64,000 bases of DNA from Callorhinchus milii (taxonomy: Eukaryota). Both the position numbers and the translations under genes were made by a program. The stretch lies in the NCBI RefSeq assembly GCF_018977255.1, contig NW_024704742.1, positions 118,172,001-118,236,000 of the forward strand, in the 5' to 3' direction. This document shows, in pieces, positions 49,751-63,580 of the stretch; within the stretch, counting starts at the first letter, position 1; every line of letters begins with the position of its first letter. The notes beneath the pieces were generated by a model that saw nothing but the letters and a program-made list of their open reading frames with translations, was not told the DNA's origin and made no database searches.

Positions 49751-52566
49751 GAGGGAAGGAGTTTACAAACTTCAGGGCATGGGAATGAATGAGTTAAGAT
49801 ATGAGACCGTGCAATTGAGTTTTGATTTCCATTCTGTGAGGATGCAGCAAAAACTACAGAACCTAATTAGCATATTAAAAATTGCACAGCTACACTCATG
49901 ACTACTAAGACATAATTGGGAGTTGACTCAAAATTGTTAAACAATCTCAGTTTGGAACTCTTGTGAATGGATGTTTAATGTTTTACTTGTCATCAGCTTT
50001 TAGAAATCTAATATTTTTGCACAATCATATTTTAAAATATGAGGTTTTGCAAAATCTCATTTTATGTTTGATCCATGCTTTCAGAATGCATTCATATTCA
50101 ATTGCTTAAAATGGCACTCATTCAGAATGGTAATGTGGTATTTGCAACTGTCATTTCCAACTATTTTGATCAGAGGAAAAAGAAATCCCTATTTTAATTG
50201 TTATAATGCATCCTGAGTAATAATCAAGGCTTTTCTTTACTTCTTCCCCACAAATTATAGACTTCATATGATGAGGTACACAGAGCCCAAAACAAGGCTG
50301 TGGGTTTGGATATCAGGAGGACATTTGCTGTCCTTATGTATTTTACACTTTTGTAACCTTAAATGTTTAATCACTGATTTTGAACAACTAATCTACATAA
50401 CTGAAACAAATAGTTGTGTTGTTTAGGACCTCATAACTATGCATCATATTCACCATTTGTTCTTTTCATCCTTTATTTATTCAAATTCATGTGCCATTTC
50501 TCATCTATTGAATTGTTTCAAACTCTTCTGAATATTCTTAACCTGCAATCTACTAATTGACAAATATAAGACCACTTAGCCAGCTTGAGCTTTACAAACA
50601 CTGTAAATGACAGGGACTCAGAACTTATCCATGTGGATGTTGGTTTCTTCTTCCCAGACAGAATATTTGTCATTTTTAATCAATCCATCTTGTCTTCTGA
50701 AACAAATTGTGAATCCAGTTTTCAATTTTTTAAGCTATCAAGTATCTTTGTCCCATCCTTATCCAATTTGCCAAGTACTAAAGTAATTCCACAGTATGTC
50801 CTCTCCCGCACCAAGCTCTGTGAACTATCGTGCTCCTTGCTCAGCTCTCCCTTCCCCAGTGTATCAAATTCAAGATTCTCACCTTCAATCACTCAATCTC
50901 GCCCTACCCTATCTCCATGACCTTTTTCAGTACAACTGACCCAGCCACTTCCTTACCTTGGTGAACACTAGCCCTGCTTCATGTCCCCTGCCCTATTTGC
51001 CCTACCATCAGTAGGTGAGTTTTTTTTCGCCATTCTGCCTGTATTCCCTTGAACTCCAACCCAGAGATTCCTCTGATTCTCTCCCTGCCTCTCTCCTCAT
51101 TCAAGGCACCTCTCAACATGCCATTCCACTGGCCTCCCATCTCCCTGGGTTACGGTCATCGATCCCCTGCAAACCTCCTTCAGCTTCCACCCCATCTTGG
51201 GTGCCTAGGCACAGTGTAAAGGGCTTTGAGACATCCTCCTGATGTGAAAGGCTATGTAAATTTTAATGCAGTACATAACATTAGTGTGTTTCCCAAATTT
51301 GGCCACTGGCTGGTGCTGCAGAGAGCTACATTGAGTATTGTACATTGATGTTCTGCACGATTCCAGTGGTCAGACTCTGGTAATTGGCCTCTTTACCTTG
51401 CTGTTTTGAAGTAACTTGGGGTCACTAGTGCTAGGTTAGCACTCCCATTAACATGGGACAGAATTAACAGTAGTAATAGTAATATGGAATCAACTGCCAA
51501 AATTAAACTGATATTTGAGTCCCCAAATCTTCCTCAATATCTGTGGAAGCCCTTAGAGTTCAGCAAACGTAATATCACATTACTGCCCTTTTTTAAAAAA
51601 AAGACAACAAGTCATGATTCATTTCATCCCGAGGAGGTGGTATCTATCACCTTGGACTGAATGAGTAAACCAATTAGTTTTAGTACTCTTTGTTGGTATA
51701 ATACTGACCTTCCCGATTGATTGCACTCCCTCACCTGAAATACCATGAAAGTAACCTGAAATTCAATGCTTGTGTTGTTTTTTTATTACCTCCAATCTGT
51801 ACAAAATGCAAGTGACCTTTCCCTGGAAACGTACAAATCAACAACCACTTGCATTTATGTAGGGCCCTTCATGTGTCTTGGAGCACTACTGTTGTAGTAA
51901 CTACCCTGTATTCAAACTTCATATAAATCTATATTTTACTGATTTGGGGTATAAGTGCATAAGGATCCCAATAGACATCACTTTAAAAAAAAGTGTTTTG
52001 TTTTTAATTCTGTGGCGTTTGAGTGTACTACTTGGATGCATAACAGAGGCCTCTGGTCTATTGGAGGGCCAAAATATGGCCTCCCACTCTATCCTGTCAC
52101 AGGATAGTGGAAGGTGGAGAGGAAGGCCATAGCACCGCCCTCCAAAAGAGCAGAGGACTCTGTAATGCAATTGAGCATACACTTACCTACAAACTGCCAT
52201 CAAGCACCTGCACCAGCCACATAGTAAAGCGGGAGGCCTCTGAGATCAAGACACGTAATAGGACATGTTATCCGAAGTAAGTACTTATGAGAATTTCTAG
52301 AATATAACTAGTTACATATTAAGCGGAGTCCCTTATTAACATTTTGCATTGGAAGCAGCCGAGATATTGATAGTATAGCTACTTAAGGGGTAGTGACAAG
52401 TTAAACCAGGGTCCTATCAGGAATTTACTGTATACTGTTCGACTATATATTTTGCAGATATGGTTCTAGTGGGGAACTGCCAAAGACAATAGACCTAATA
52501 AATCATTTGATGTGCTTCTAAAATTGTTTTACCAATTAGCTTAACTTTGTTCTTTTCTTTCCGCAG

Positions 52567-52726
52567 TCCACGCAGTAACGCTCTTTCTAAATATGTTTGG
52601 TTGCCTAGCCTGGTTTTGTGTCGATAGCTATAGAGGGGTGGACTTTGGATTGGCAATTCTCTGGTTCTTGCTTTTTACCCCGTGTTCATTTATTTGTTGG
52701 TACAGACCACTCTACAAAGCTTTCAG
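52567..52726 (+). CDS. SCAMP1: SCAMP1 exon 6 (TM region, E-peptide)
   Basis: cgcag|(F)[52 protein letters not shown]+AG|gttagt; contains the [12 protein letters not shown]-peptide; 160 nt. Confidence 0.97.
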
Positions 52727-53569
52727 GTTAGTAAATTGCAAAATTTTAATATAATTCTAGTGTTTCAAAAGGTGAACTTCATGTTGTAAGGTATGGTCAC
52801 TGAATAGTGACTATGTCAGAGGGTGAGAGGGATTCTGATAGAATCATTGGCCTCTGTTTTGAACTTCCTAATTTTCTGCTACAAAATGGTAGAAAACTAA
52901 ATATCTTTTGGCTTTGGAAATAGTATTTGATGTTAAAACAATCTTAACAGTGAAGAGGACCTTTGTTTAAAAATGGTTGTGAGAGTATTTAACCAAGTAG
53001 CATGATAAAATATTCCCATTGGAATTGTGCTTAGAGATTTGAATCACAAGAATGCCTGATTTTCATTCCATCATTTGCTTGATCAGCAAAGGCTGATGAA
53101 TTCACCTCCAGAGAGAGGCTGAAGAAACTTCATTTGGATTTTAACTGTTCATGGAAATGTGTGTGGCTCTATCTGGTCTGCTCGAATCTTGCAAATTTCC
53201 AGATATCTGGAGAGGTTATAGCTTCAGGAATATTGTGTCTCTGTCTACAAAATAACTTGTAGATTTATGATGAAAATGTTTCTGAACAGTTGAATTGATT
53301 GCGGTCAAGTATAGTCATTTTTTTTTGTAGGCAGAAGTAGCATCGTTTTGTGTTAACAATATCCAACAAACAACCATGGAGTTAAATCAATTAATTGGGA
53401 GGACTATTGACCAAGACAGATTGTTGAGAAACCCCATTTTTTAAAATCGGGTCATAAGAGATTCATCTGCAGGAGCAGATCTTAGTTTAAGATCTCACCC
53501 GAAAATCTACATTGTGAAAAACCTTTAATTATATTGGGAACATTCTAATTAAGATTTGTTGTTTTGCAG

Positions 53570-53671
53570 GAGTGACAGTTCCTTCAGCTTCTTTCTCTTC
53601 TTCTTTACATTTATCTGTCAGTTTGCCGTGCACGTATTGCAGTCGGTAGGAATTCCACAGTGGGGAAACTG
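53570..53671 (+). CDS. SCAMP1: SCAMP1 exon 7
   Basis: tgcag|(R)[33 protein letters not shown]+TG|gtgagt; 102 nt. Confidence 0.96.
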
Positions 53672-53928
53672 GTGAGTGCTATTACCAAAATTTCAGAATC
53701 ATTTCTAGGTATGTTAATGCAACGGCATTATTAGGATATTGAGACAAATGCATTCCCTCTGCATAGAGGCTTGAGAGTGTTTATGATGTGTATGAGGAGG
53801 TGGAGGGTACAGAGAAGAGGATGGTGAAGAATATATGAAGTAATTGAAAATTGCATTCCAAATCCTAAAATTTGTTTTTTTTAAAAAAAAATTTTTTTTG
53901 AAGTTTCTTTGGTGCATAAGCATTTGGT

Positions 53929-54302
53929 GGGGCCTGTAACTCAGTGTATAGAGCACTCTCCTCACAAGCAAGAGACCTGGGTTCAATTCCCAGCAGGGTG
54001 AAATGTTGGGCAAGTTTCCTTACTCCACACCCCTCTGTTTACCGAGCAGTAAGTAGGATCCTGACTGTTTGTTGATTGGCAGATCTCTTTTCTGGGAGTA
54101 ATGATTCCTTCAAAAAGAATAAGAATAATAAATTGATCACTTCAATCCACGAATGTTTGTGGGACACTGCTGTGCGCAATTGGCTGCTGCATTTCACTGA
54201 CAAAATATACAGTCAATTCACTTTACAGCATATTCTGTGAAGTGCTTTGAGACCTCTCAACAACATGATAAGGCGCTACAATCAAATGCAAGGATTATTA
54301 TA
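53929..54302 (+). mobile_element. Full-length tRNA-Ala-derived SINE in SCAMP1 intron 7
   Basis: gggcctgtaactcagtgtatagagcactc head with B box ggttcaattcc, full body, tail. Confidence 0.9.
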
Positions 54303-54444
54303 TACATGCATTATAGAAAATCTATAGTGTTAACGGCTGCATCAGTTTGGTATAATAGTAGTGAATAACAGTTTAGCTGCATAATAGGATTTAAAATTTG
54401 TGGAATTTAATCAGTAATGTATACGTGGATCTTTACTTTTTCAG

Positions 54445-54562
54445 TGGATGGATTTCAGCACTTACAGCACTTAATAAGAGCATTCCTGTTGGAGTTCTGA
54501 TGATGATTGTTGCAGCAGCTTTTACTGGCTCAGCTGTTGTCTCACTAATTATGTTCAAAAAG
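54445..54562 (+). CDS. SCAMP1: SCAMP1 exon 8
   Basis: ttcag|(C)[39 protein letters not shown]|gtaagt; 118 nt. Confidence 0.96.
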
Positions 54563-56951
54563 GTAAGTAACCTCTACAGTGCCTTTGCAAAAATGCTGCG
54601 TTTGCAACTCTGTGTGTACTTAAACTTCCCAAACAGCGAACTAATCATAAAAATTGTTTACCTTCCATAAGTTTGCATTTCTTATTTTAAATGTATATCA
54701 TTTTTGCTTGAATGTGGATTTTTTTTAATTTGCTAGAAGGAGCTGCTTAATATGATTTAAAATTAGTGGCGTTAATACAGTAATATATATATACATGAAA
54801 TACCAAAGATTTAAAAAAACAAAAATGGGAAAATCATGATATGACTCCTGACTATAATTTAAGGCTTTCATCTAATTGAGGCATTAAGCTGATGTTTATG
54901 GCTTTGATCTGGTTGCTTTGACAACCCTAGGTTAGTTGACTAGCTTGAAATCATTCCACATTTCTTTCAACTTTTGGGGGGAAATTTTACAAAGAGCAGT
55001 GACAATAATAAATGCCAAAAAGAGAGAATTTAATGCAGGTTGGAATTTTGCAGTCTACACGGAGCAGGGAAATAAGATTTAAAAATGTTAGTCCAAAGTA
55101 TGGCCATAGAGATGTTTTTTTCTAGGTATTTGAGGTCAAGAAGATAAGTTCTGAAAGAGTTGTTTACCGTATACCATTCTTTGGTCCAAAGAACCAAACT
55201 AATAGATAATCTGGGTCTTGCCAATGAGCTTGAGTCAAGGGGTATGTTTTACAGTCAATTTCTAAAAATATCTTGAAAACAAATTTCAAATGCATTAGTT
55301 TCTTTGTAAGTTGAACAGATTTGTGGTAAAACTGTTTACTTTCATGAGTTGTAAGAGATGAGCTGATCATTCTGTTTTGATTATGTTGTGGATAATACCT
55401 TTTATTAATAGGGCATAATGTTTCACTGGGTCTTTTCAGTAGGTGGCAGTCTAGTCTCAATTGTGGACCATAGCAGCTTGCTATATTTTGCTGTTATAAA
55501 AATGATTTATCTGAGGAGTTGTTTGAAGATTAAGTAGTTATTGGTATCTGGTTTACTTGAAAGAGAAGGCAGAAGTACAGATCTTCAGAGGGGAGAAAGA
55601 GCATATGTACTGGTAATAAAGAGGAGAAACAATCCAAGAGGTTACTACAATAACTGGTTACAACTTACACTAGAGGGAAAAAATAATGATTTTGTTTAGT
55701 AATTGTGTAGATGTATTTGTGTTCGACAGACCCAAAATAACTTTGCTTCAGCAAGGGTTGATTTTGCAAGAATAATTTGAGAAAACTATTAAATGCATCT
55801 AAAATGTTGTATACAGAAACCTTCCCTCAAGAACTGACTTCTTAAATGTTAATGAAAGCATTTTGGTACATTAGAGCATGTTTTGAGGATTTAATGGATT
55901 TATTTTAATACAAAATAAATTGCCTTTTATAATGAGAGAAATTTTCTTTTAAATGTTATCCTTATTGGATGATTCTAAGTGACGGGTAACATGAAATCTA
56001 GGATGGTATAAGCTAATTTAACATTTGATTTGTATTGAGGCATTAAGGTCATCTTAGTCTCTGCAAGAAGATGATAGTGTGTTATTTGCAAATTGTTTCA
56101 AATTAAAAATGAGATGTGTGACCATATTTATCACAGTTACAATGAAAGAATAAACTAAATCTTGAGCCAATATTTTAGAGTGGAGGCAATTGCCATTCAC
56201 ATCTAAGGACATTTCTTAAGTGTTACTGATCAGAAATGTTGTCGGATGGGAGGTGAGGTCCATAAAATTCTGACTGGTGCTATAACAGAACGTGTAATCA
56301 GTCAATGCTTCAGCATTTACTGTGCATGTGCACAGGTATGTGGTCAGCTGTGTCAGCACTTCAAAATTTCTCTCATTATAAAAAGCAATTTACTTTGTAT
56401 TAGGATAAATTCGTTAAATCCACAAAACTCTGGCCAGCATTTGAAGTTCCAATGGAGCTGGTGTACATTTGGGATTTCTTGGGGAAGTAAATGTCTAGAT
56501 CGATACTCATGTTATAATAGGAATTCTACTGTATAGCTTTCTACTTCTAATGCTCCCAAAACTGGTTCAATGAGAATAGACATCTTGAATGAAAATTGAA
56601 CAGATTGTTAAGATTTCAATACTATCGTGCTGTATGGATGATGGCTATATTCCAAGCTTTTTGAAAATTTATATTAGAACCTAAAGTAGCAGTTTTGGTT
56701 TATATGTTGTATTTGGCCTTGACGATCTTGTTAGGATGATAGAAACTAGAACACAGAAGGAAGCCATCCTGCACCGAACCTATCCTGCCTGGTATTAGCT
56801 CCTCTACTGAAGCTGTTACTCTTAATCCCAATTACCTGCTGTTTCCTTGTGCCTTTTTTAATGTGTATTTTAACAATTTCTTAATTGTTGTGGTCTCAGA
56901 TTCAATAACTCCTTGTGGCAAATACTAGTTAAAAATTATTTTCCCTCTCAG

Positions 56952-57104
56952 GTTCATGGCATGTATCGTACCACAGGAGCCAGCTTTGAAAAAGCCCAGC
57001 AAGAGTTTGCAACAGGAGTCATGGCGAACAAAACTGTACAGACCGCTGCAGCAAACGCAGCCTCGACTGCAGCTCGTGGCGCATTCAAAGGCAACCAAAT
57101 TTAA
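56952..57104 (+). CDS. SCAMP1: SCAMP1 exon 9 (last coding exon)
   Basis: ctcag|[50 protein letters not shown]. The nine exons sum to 1005 nt = 334 aa + stop with consistent phases. Confidence 0.97.
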   Translation, partial: VHGMYRTTGASFEKAQQEFATGVMANKTVQTAAANAASTAARGAFKGNQI

Positions 57105-60100
57105 GACCCAGTAAAATCATTTCTCTCCCCCGCCATCACCTTCATCTAGTCCATAGACGTTATACCACTTCAGTCATTACACACATACCAGCTTCTAACA
57201 TGATTTCACCATAACCACAGCATGAACCTTAAAACGAAAAATCCATGTAGCCCTTGAATTAGGCTTTCGCATGGGCTAAAAAAAACTAATAAATCGTACT
57301 TTTACATTTGCTTGACAAATGTCACATTTTCTGTTTAAATTGTTTTACTTTCCCTGGTTGGTATGGATTGTTCTTACTGGCTATTAGTTTTTTTTTCTCT
57401 TGTAAAACTGTAAATAGCATGCTGTCACTGCTTTAATATTATACTCCCAAATTACTGGAGATCCTTATGTTTTCTGTGCTACACTGGACTGATAACTGAC
57501 ATGGTTCTTTTTGATTTGCACGCGACTTTGTGACAAATATGATCTTGGAGAATTGTGAGGAATGTGCTGCCAGAGTACATGGGATTTGAAACTCTTTTAT
57601 TTCTCTTTTCAAGTCCCTCCCCCGTGAAACATCTGTAACTGCCTTATAAAAAGCACTATCAAATGACAATGTCAAATTTCATTTATTTGTTAACGTTTCA
57701 CTGATCTATTTTATTGCACAACTAACTGAAAATTGGTGGCATCATTCTTGTGATTTTATCACTATGTTCAGTTGTTAGTTTACTATTTTATTTAAATAAT
57801 TGTTGAATTGTGGACTGTGGTACAGTGTCACTCATCATTGCAGAATACATGTAGAGAAAACACTAAATGCTAACACTGGACATCTAAATCTATTAGATCA
57901 TGTGTGGTTCAGGGTGGTTTTGATCTTAACTGAAATCCCTTTTGATTTTAACCTGCGAGCTGATCAATTGTGAAGCTTACATGGATAGATCACAATTGAA
58001 TTGACTACTTTGCTTAAAAAGAGATATTGCGTGAGTGAAGCAGCAAATTAAACTCCTGTTAAATTTGCCAGTTTGTGGGTTGATGAAACCTTCTAAAGCT
58101 TACAATCTAATTATTGCAGTTGAATGATGTTTCTGTGTATGAGCCTTTTTTACAGGCCTGTCCCAGAAGCTCTGTTGCATGTAGTTTTTGTTCAGCACCA
58201 TTGGTGAAATTCTGCAATCCATTTTTTAAAAAGCATTGACCAAACTGCACAAAAATCAATGCTATTCCTTGAGATGAACATGGACCTCAAAGAGGATCAT
58301 AAGGCTTAACTTTTTTTATGAAGTTAAGAGCATTCCTTACCATTTGACATGAGCTGGTAAGTTGAGTACAAAGCATACACACTTCGTGAAAAAGGGAAGT
58401 ATACAGTTAAGTAATTTATGGAATTCTTCCACATTTAAGTCGATGTAAAAGTGCTTTACAGATACAGATGTTTTCAAAAGCAGATTCCAGATTTTAACAC
58501 CTATGGTTTTGTTGTACAGTATTTTGTGTGTGGATTGTGAATGCTTTATTTTTGACTTCTGCAATTCTGGTGATTATGTGGTGTGAAGGTGCGATTGTTC
58601 AGTGTACATCTTACAGATTTCTACACTGTTGGAGTTGGCAGAATGTACGCCTTCCATTTTAGTTTGTTTTAGAAAAGCCTTTGAAGTGAGCATTTGTGTG
58701 TCACTCATTCCTTGTCCGTGTTAACTTCTTACCGTTGAGTAACAACTAACGGTACATTGTGATGGTCGGGTGAGCCACTCAAAAGTGTTTTTCGTTGCCC
58801 CCCTCACCCCCCAAATTCTGTCATGGGTTTAACATTTATGTCCTGAAATACTGTATTTCAAGATAAATGTATATACCGTACTGCTTTGTTCCCCGAGGGT
58901 GGTTGTGATGTTTTTCCACAGAAATTCTACCAAATGTGATTTACATAAATGTTGGAAATTAATATTGCATAAAAGAATGTCCCAGTGTCAAGGCTCTGAG
59001 ATAAACAAAAATCGAATTTAAAAGTCATTGCTGTTTTAATTTTCAATGCTTCAAAGTTTTGTGTGTTTAAAAAAAATAAAGATGTTGCCATTCATATTCC
59101 ATCACTGAACTTAAATTACCACTTGTAGAAAGATTGAGGAAAGGTGGAGATTATTAGCTTCAACACTACACAACATTATGTGCAGCTGTCAGTAAATGTG
59201 ACACCAGCTATTTTTCCAGGATTCGGAGCTATTATTTTGCAATGGATAGGTTAAATGCTAAAACTTCTGTAATTTTAAAATTCATATCCAAAACATTGAA
59301 CAATTGTGCATTGCCCAATCTTTACTAATGAAGGGCCAATTCCTTGTTGGCAAGTTTTTTGAATCAATTTGGCAGCTCAAATATTTTCTCTTCCACATGT
59401 AGAAAAAGATGTTTTAATTATTTCATTCAAATGTTGGAGTTATAAAAAAATTAACTGCAATATTAGGTTATATAACGGTTCTGACCAAATGCACTAGAGA
59501 TTTGGGGGCTAAATGTTTACAATTGGCTTTTTAAAGATCAGAGACTTCTCTTGGGTGAATTGCCTTTAGCTGGTAAGTAATTGTCAAATGTAGTTGGGCA
59601 TTAAAAAATACTTTCATTTTTGTTTAAATATAGCATTTTAAAACATCTTCACAATATAAAAGGCCCTGAAATCATCTTATGATTTTCTTTGTCATTACTG
59701 TATTCAGTACATCACATAAGAAAATAGGTCATTCTGTAAATGGAGTACTTCACAGAATATACTTCGCAAGTGTTGTGGTGCATCATAACTGAATTGTGAT
59801 CCGTGTTTTGTGCATCAATCAGTTGTGATGAGCAGTTTTTATATTAACAGTATTTTGAGAAAATGCTGTTACCCCTCATTAATGTTGATGGCAAAACCCC
59901 ATAGCAAATATTTGAACAAAAGTGAAGTAACATTCTCTTCTGGGCTCTCGGCAGTGCTTGCACTCAGTGAGGAGCTCGGTTTGATTTTCTTTCAGAATAT
60001 TGAAGGCTGCTGTTTAAACAGTGGATTACGTGTGTTAAATATGACGTATTGAAAATATGACTTATTGACTAGATTGAATTGTGTTACTTCTGGTGTTGAT

Positions 60101-62920
60101 AGTTATATTTATAGATTTTTGGAAATTTGTATTTGTTTTGAGTTGTGAAAAACTACAGGCGTGATGAAGAAAACTCGTGTATGTTTCTGTGAACAATGGG
60201 GCAGTGTTTGTTTTTATTGATTTAAAAGTGTTGAATATAGTGTTATTTTTAACCTGCATGTGAAGAATGAGATGAAGTCCGAGCTAGTTTAATGAAGTGG
60301 TTGAGTGTAAGAAGTAGAACTATAATAACCTTTCTACATTTAATAATGTAGAAAGAAAAAAACTAATCTTAAGTGGGAGCCGGTGCCTAATTATGAATCT
60401 GTAATGGACCCTCTTAATAGCCTTCTGCTAAGCACTCAAACAAATGGTGCGAGAGGTACAGATAATGCTGAGGAACAGTGGAGAAATTGTTTGTTGATCC
60501 AGGAATTCCATCTTGCTTACTGAATTTGAAGAAATGAGAGAAAACCCTTTTGCAGTGAAGCCTTTTTGCTTTCAAAAATATGTAGATTTCTCCTAGTTGT
60601 AAAGTGTTGAACTAAGTTTACTGGGAATGATCCAATGCTTTTCACTCCATTGTGTATAATTAAACACAAGGCGTAGCAAAGCGAGTAAAATTAGAGTGAG
60701 GAGGAAATTGGAGGTAGAACTGCAACTGAAATCAAAGCTGCGAAACAGTATGAAAGAAAACCACGCACAAACAGTATGCAAAAAAACTAAACATTAAATT
60801 GAAATTCTGAACATAAAGCAAGAAAACTGTAATGCAACACTGAGACTGGGGTTCCTATGTTCAATCCGTGGTCTGTGCTGAGTGACCCGGTGATTGTAAT
60901 GATTTCCACTTCCACTAATGGCCACAGTATTGCTGAGCTCAGATGGGGATAATCAACCAGGATCCTGTTCGGAGCATTTCTGTTAATTTTGGAATCGACC
61001 TCTGAGGTAAATTCGTCCATTGTCTCACAGTATCCTGATACCCAATGCCCAGGCTCAAATATTCATATAGAACAGCTGCTTGTGAAAGGTACTACAAATT
61101 GGTGCCTTGCACAAAATAAAATTGAGCAAAGTTGCATTATTTCAAGCTAAAGGAGTAAACTGTGACAAAAGTGCTCTTATTTGAGTATAATGCAATCATG
61201 ATTCAGCTCTCCATGGAAGTCATTTAATTCACATAGGATGACCATCATAGCGTATATCATTTATTACAGCATCAGGTTAGGTGAATATCGAGAAACCGAA
61301 GAAATCCTGCATATTATTGTGTTAGGAAGGGTTGACTTAATTCAGCAGTTAAACACCAAAACCTACCAAGATTAGCATGTTTTGTTCATTTTTTTTGTTG
61401 TAAACTTGATTAATATTAAAACTACAGTGTTGGTGATATTGTTAATACTGATTTTTTATGTTGTTTGATTATGTGCACAGTTAGTTTGGTTTGTGTGGCA
61501 GTAACATTTCAATGGGAGCGTGCAAAATAAAAAGCTTTTTAGAAAATTCTTGAGCAAAATGAAGTAAAATCGTTTGATCTTTTCATCTGACCTGAAGAAG
61601 CTGTATTTCACAATTACAGTATTTCTATTCCATATACATTTCAGAAAGGTACATTTATTACATGGTCCCACATCAGCAGAGTAGGTCTCCATACTTGCTA
61701 GAAAAAACTGTGGAAGCAAACTACTACAAGATTCTTTTGTGCTTCATTTTCTAAGTAACTTTTATAATACATCTTGTGCAGACTTAATTTTGTGCTGTAG
61801 AAGTGTAAGGCAAGTTTTTTTTAAAAGAAGCTGGTTTCGTAAATTCTTGACTGCATGGGTAATGCCTCTCAAGTTTTTTGACATGTGAGGAGATTAAGAT
61901 ACTGTACTTTCAAATGGAGAACTCCTGACAAACAAAAATCTGAGAAACACATCTGGTTTTCTCCCTGCCTAGACAGCTGTGTGTTAAAGTCTTCCATCAC
62001 TATTAGCTTGCATTTAGCAGTTACTCTGCTACTAACCCAATGACTGAATTGCATAGAAATAGGATGCAGTGGATACTGATTCTCACCATGTGACTTAATA
62101 CCTGAATGTCACACCAGATGGTTTGAAATGGCTAGTAGCTGAGAATTATTTTTTATATTTAAAAAAAACAAGGCTAGAAAGCTACAGGTGCAAATGCAGG
62201 TCAAGTTCTGTGGAATCTGTTTGAAGAGTTGTGGAAATCACAAAAAACAGTACATTACCGATGCTTGAATCTAAAAATGTGCAAGGAACTCTATTTCAGA
62301 AAAGGATCATATTAAGTGATGCAATATCTGATGGTTAAGGGATTTTCAAATGTGTTTCGCGTTCATATTCTAATTGGACAGAATTAACAAAGTTCAGTTT
62401 GTACAGAGCTGCCTCACACTTCAGAATTCTGTTTTGTATCTGATTTCCAAAGATTATGGAATAATTAAAAAGTAAAATCTGCTTTAATAAGTGGTTGATA
62501 AAGTTACTTTATTTAAAAAGTAAAGTATTGAATAAATGTAACCCGTGTTTACCCCTCTCACCATGAAAGGCTGATATTGCCCTTATAGTTTGTTCATTTG
62601 ATGTGTTCTCGAACTGAAACAAATTTGATCTGAACATTTACAAGGCATTTAGTTACAACGTTACTTGAAGATGTAGATTTCCAAGGTCATTTTGCAATTG
62701 AGGGTTTGGATCTAGTCAAAGTGAGAAATATTTATTTGTATATTTTGTAAATGACTTGACATTCTGCTGTTGTTTTGAGTTTCAGTATACTGTACAAATG
62801 CACTTGCTTTATGCCCTTCCATTTAGCATGTCTTGTAGTTCCTTAGTTTTGTATATAATATATATATATATGTTCTTGTAGCATTACAAGGTCTCAATAA
62901 AAAATGCAACCCACTGAAAC
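57105..62920 (+). other. SCAMP1: Probable long SCAMP1 3' UTR with alternative poly(A) signals
   Basis: AT/U-rich, no recognisable L2 or SINE copies for about 5.8 kb; AATAAA at 59075-59080 and 62896-62901. The distal extent is inferred. Confidence 0.55.
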
Positions 62921-63379
62921 ACGGTCCCAAGCACTCCTATTTTTGTTGCTTTCCCCCTTCTTAGGGTACTTGATAGATCTACCAACCTAATTTGAAGATA
63001 CTAGGTCAGAATGTCTTCTTTGCATTCAATTCTTATTTCTTTGGTTTCAGAAAAAATCTCGCATTAGAAATCGAGAGGTGTTTCTAAATTGTGAAGGCTA
63101 CAAAATAATAAATAATCCTCAGAAGCCTTATCACATGTTGAAACATCTCAAAGTGCTTACAGTTTACCACACCAAAATGCCAGATTTGGAAATGCTGCCT
63201 CATTTATCTTAACATATTCCATGATCGTAGTAGATAGCCCAATATTTTAATAATTTGGGTGTTTCCAGAGGGCCATATGTGTTTTAGCTTGTTCTCAGAC
63301 TTAAAAACACTTTATACCTGGAGATCGTTCAGATGTGGTTACATTTAAGATACAAACCAAAGTTATGGCATTAAAGGAT

Positions 63380-63580
63380 TTAACAAGGGAGGATTAAACA
63401 AATTTAATTAATCAGGCGATCTTGGAAAAAATTAAGAAAAGTACAACTTGATAGGTCACAATCATTTATTTGCTTTTATTATTAAACTTGGTAGCTCATG
63501 TGGAGATAACACACCAGCATGGACTTAATGGGTAACTGGCCCATTTCTTTCTGTTGTATCATTTTATGATTCTATTACAC
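63380..63580 (+). mobile_element. Old CR1 3' end
   Basis: gctcatgtggagataacacaccagcatggacttaatgggtaactggccc...ttttatgattct, a CR1-type 3' terminus. Confidence 0.55.

Noticed and set aside
53065-53135. Second hammerhead-like pattern CTGATGA...stem...GAAA in SCAMP1 intron 6
   Set aside because: A stem II-like hairpin exists, but no valid stem III or correctly placed UH site can be formed. Treated as chance.
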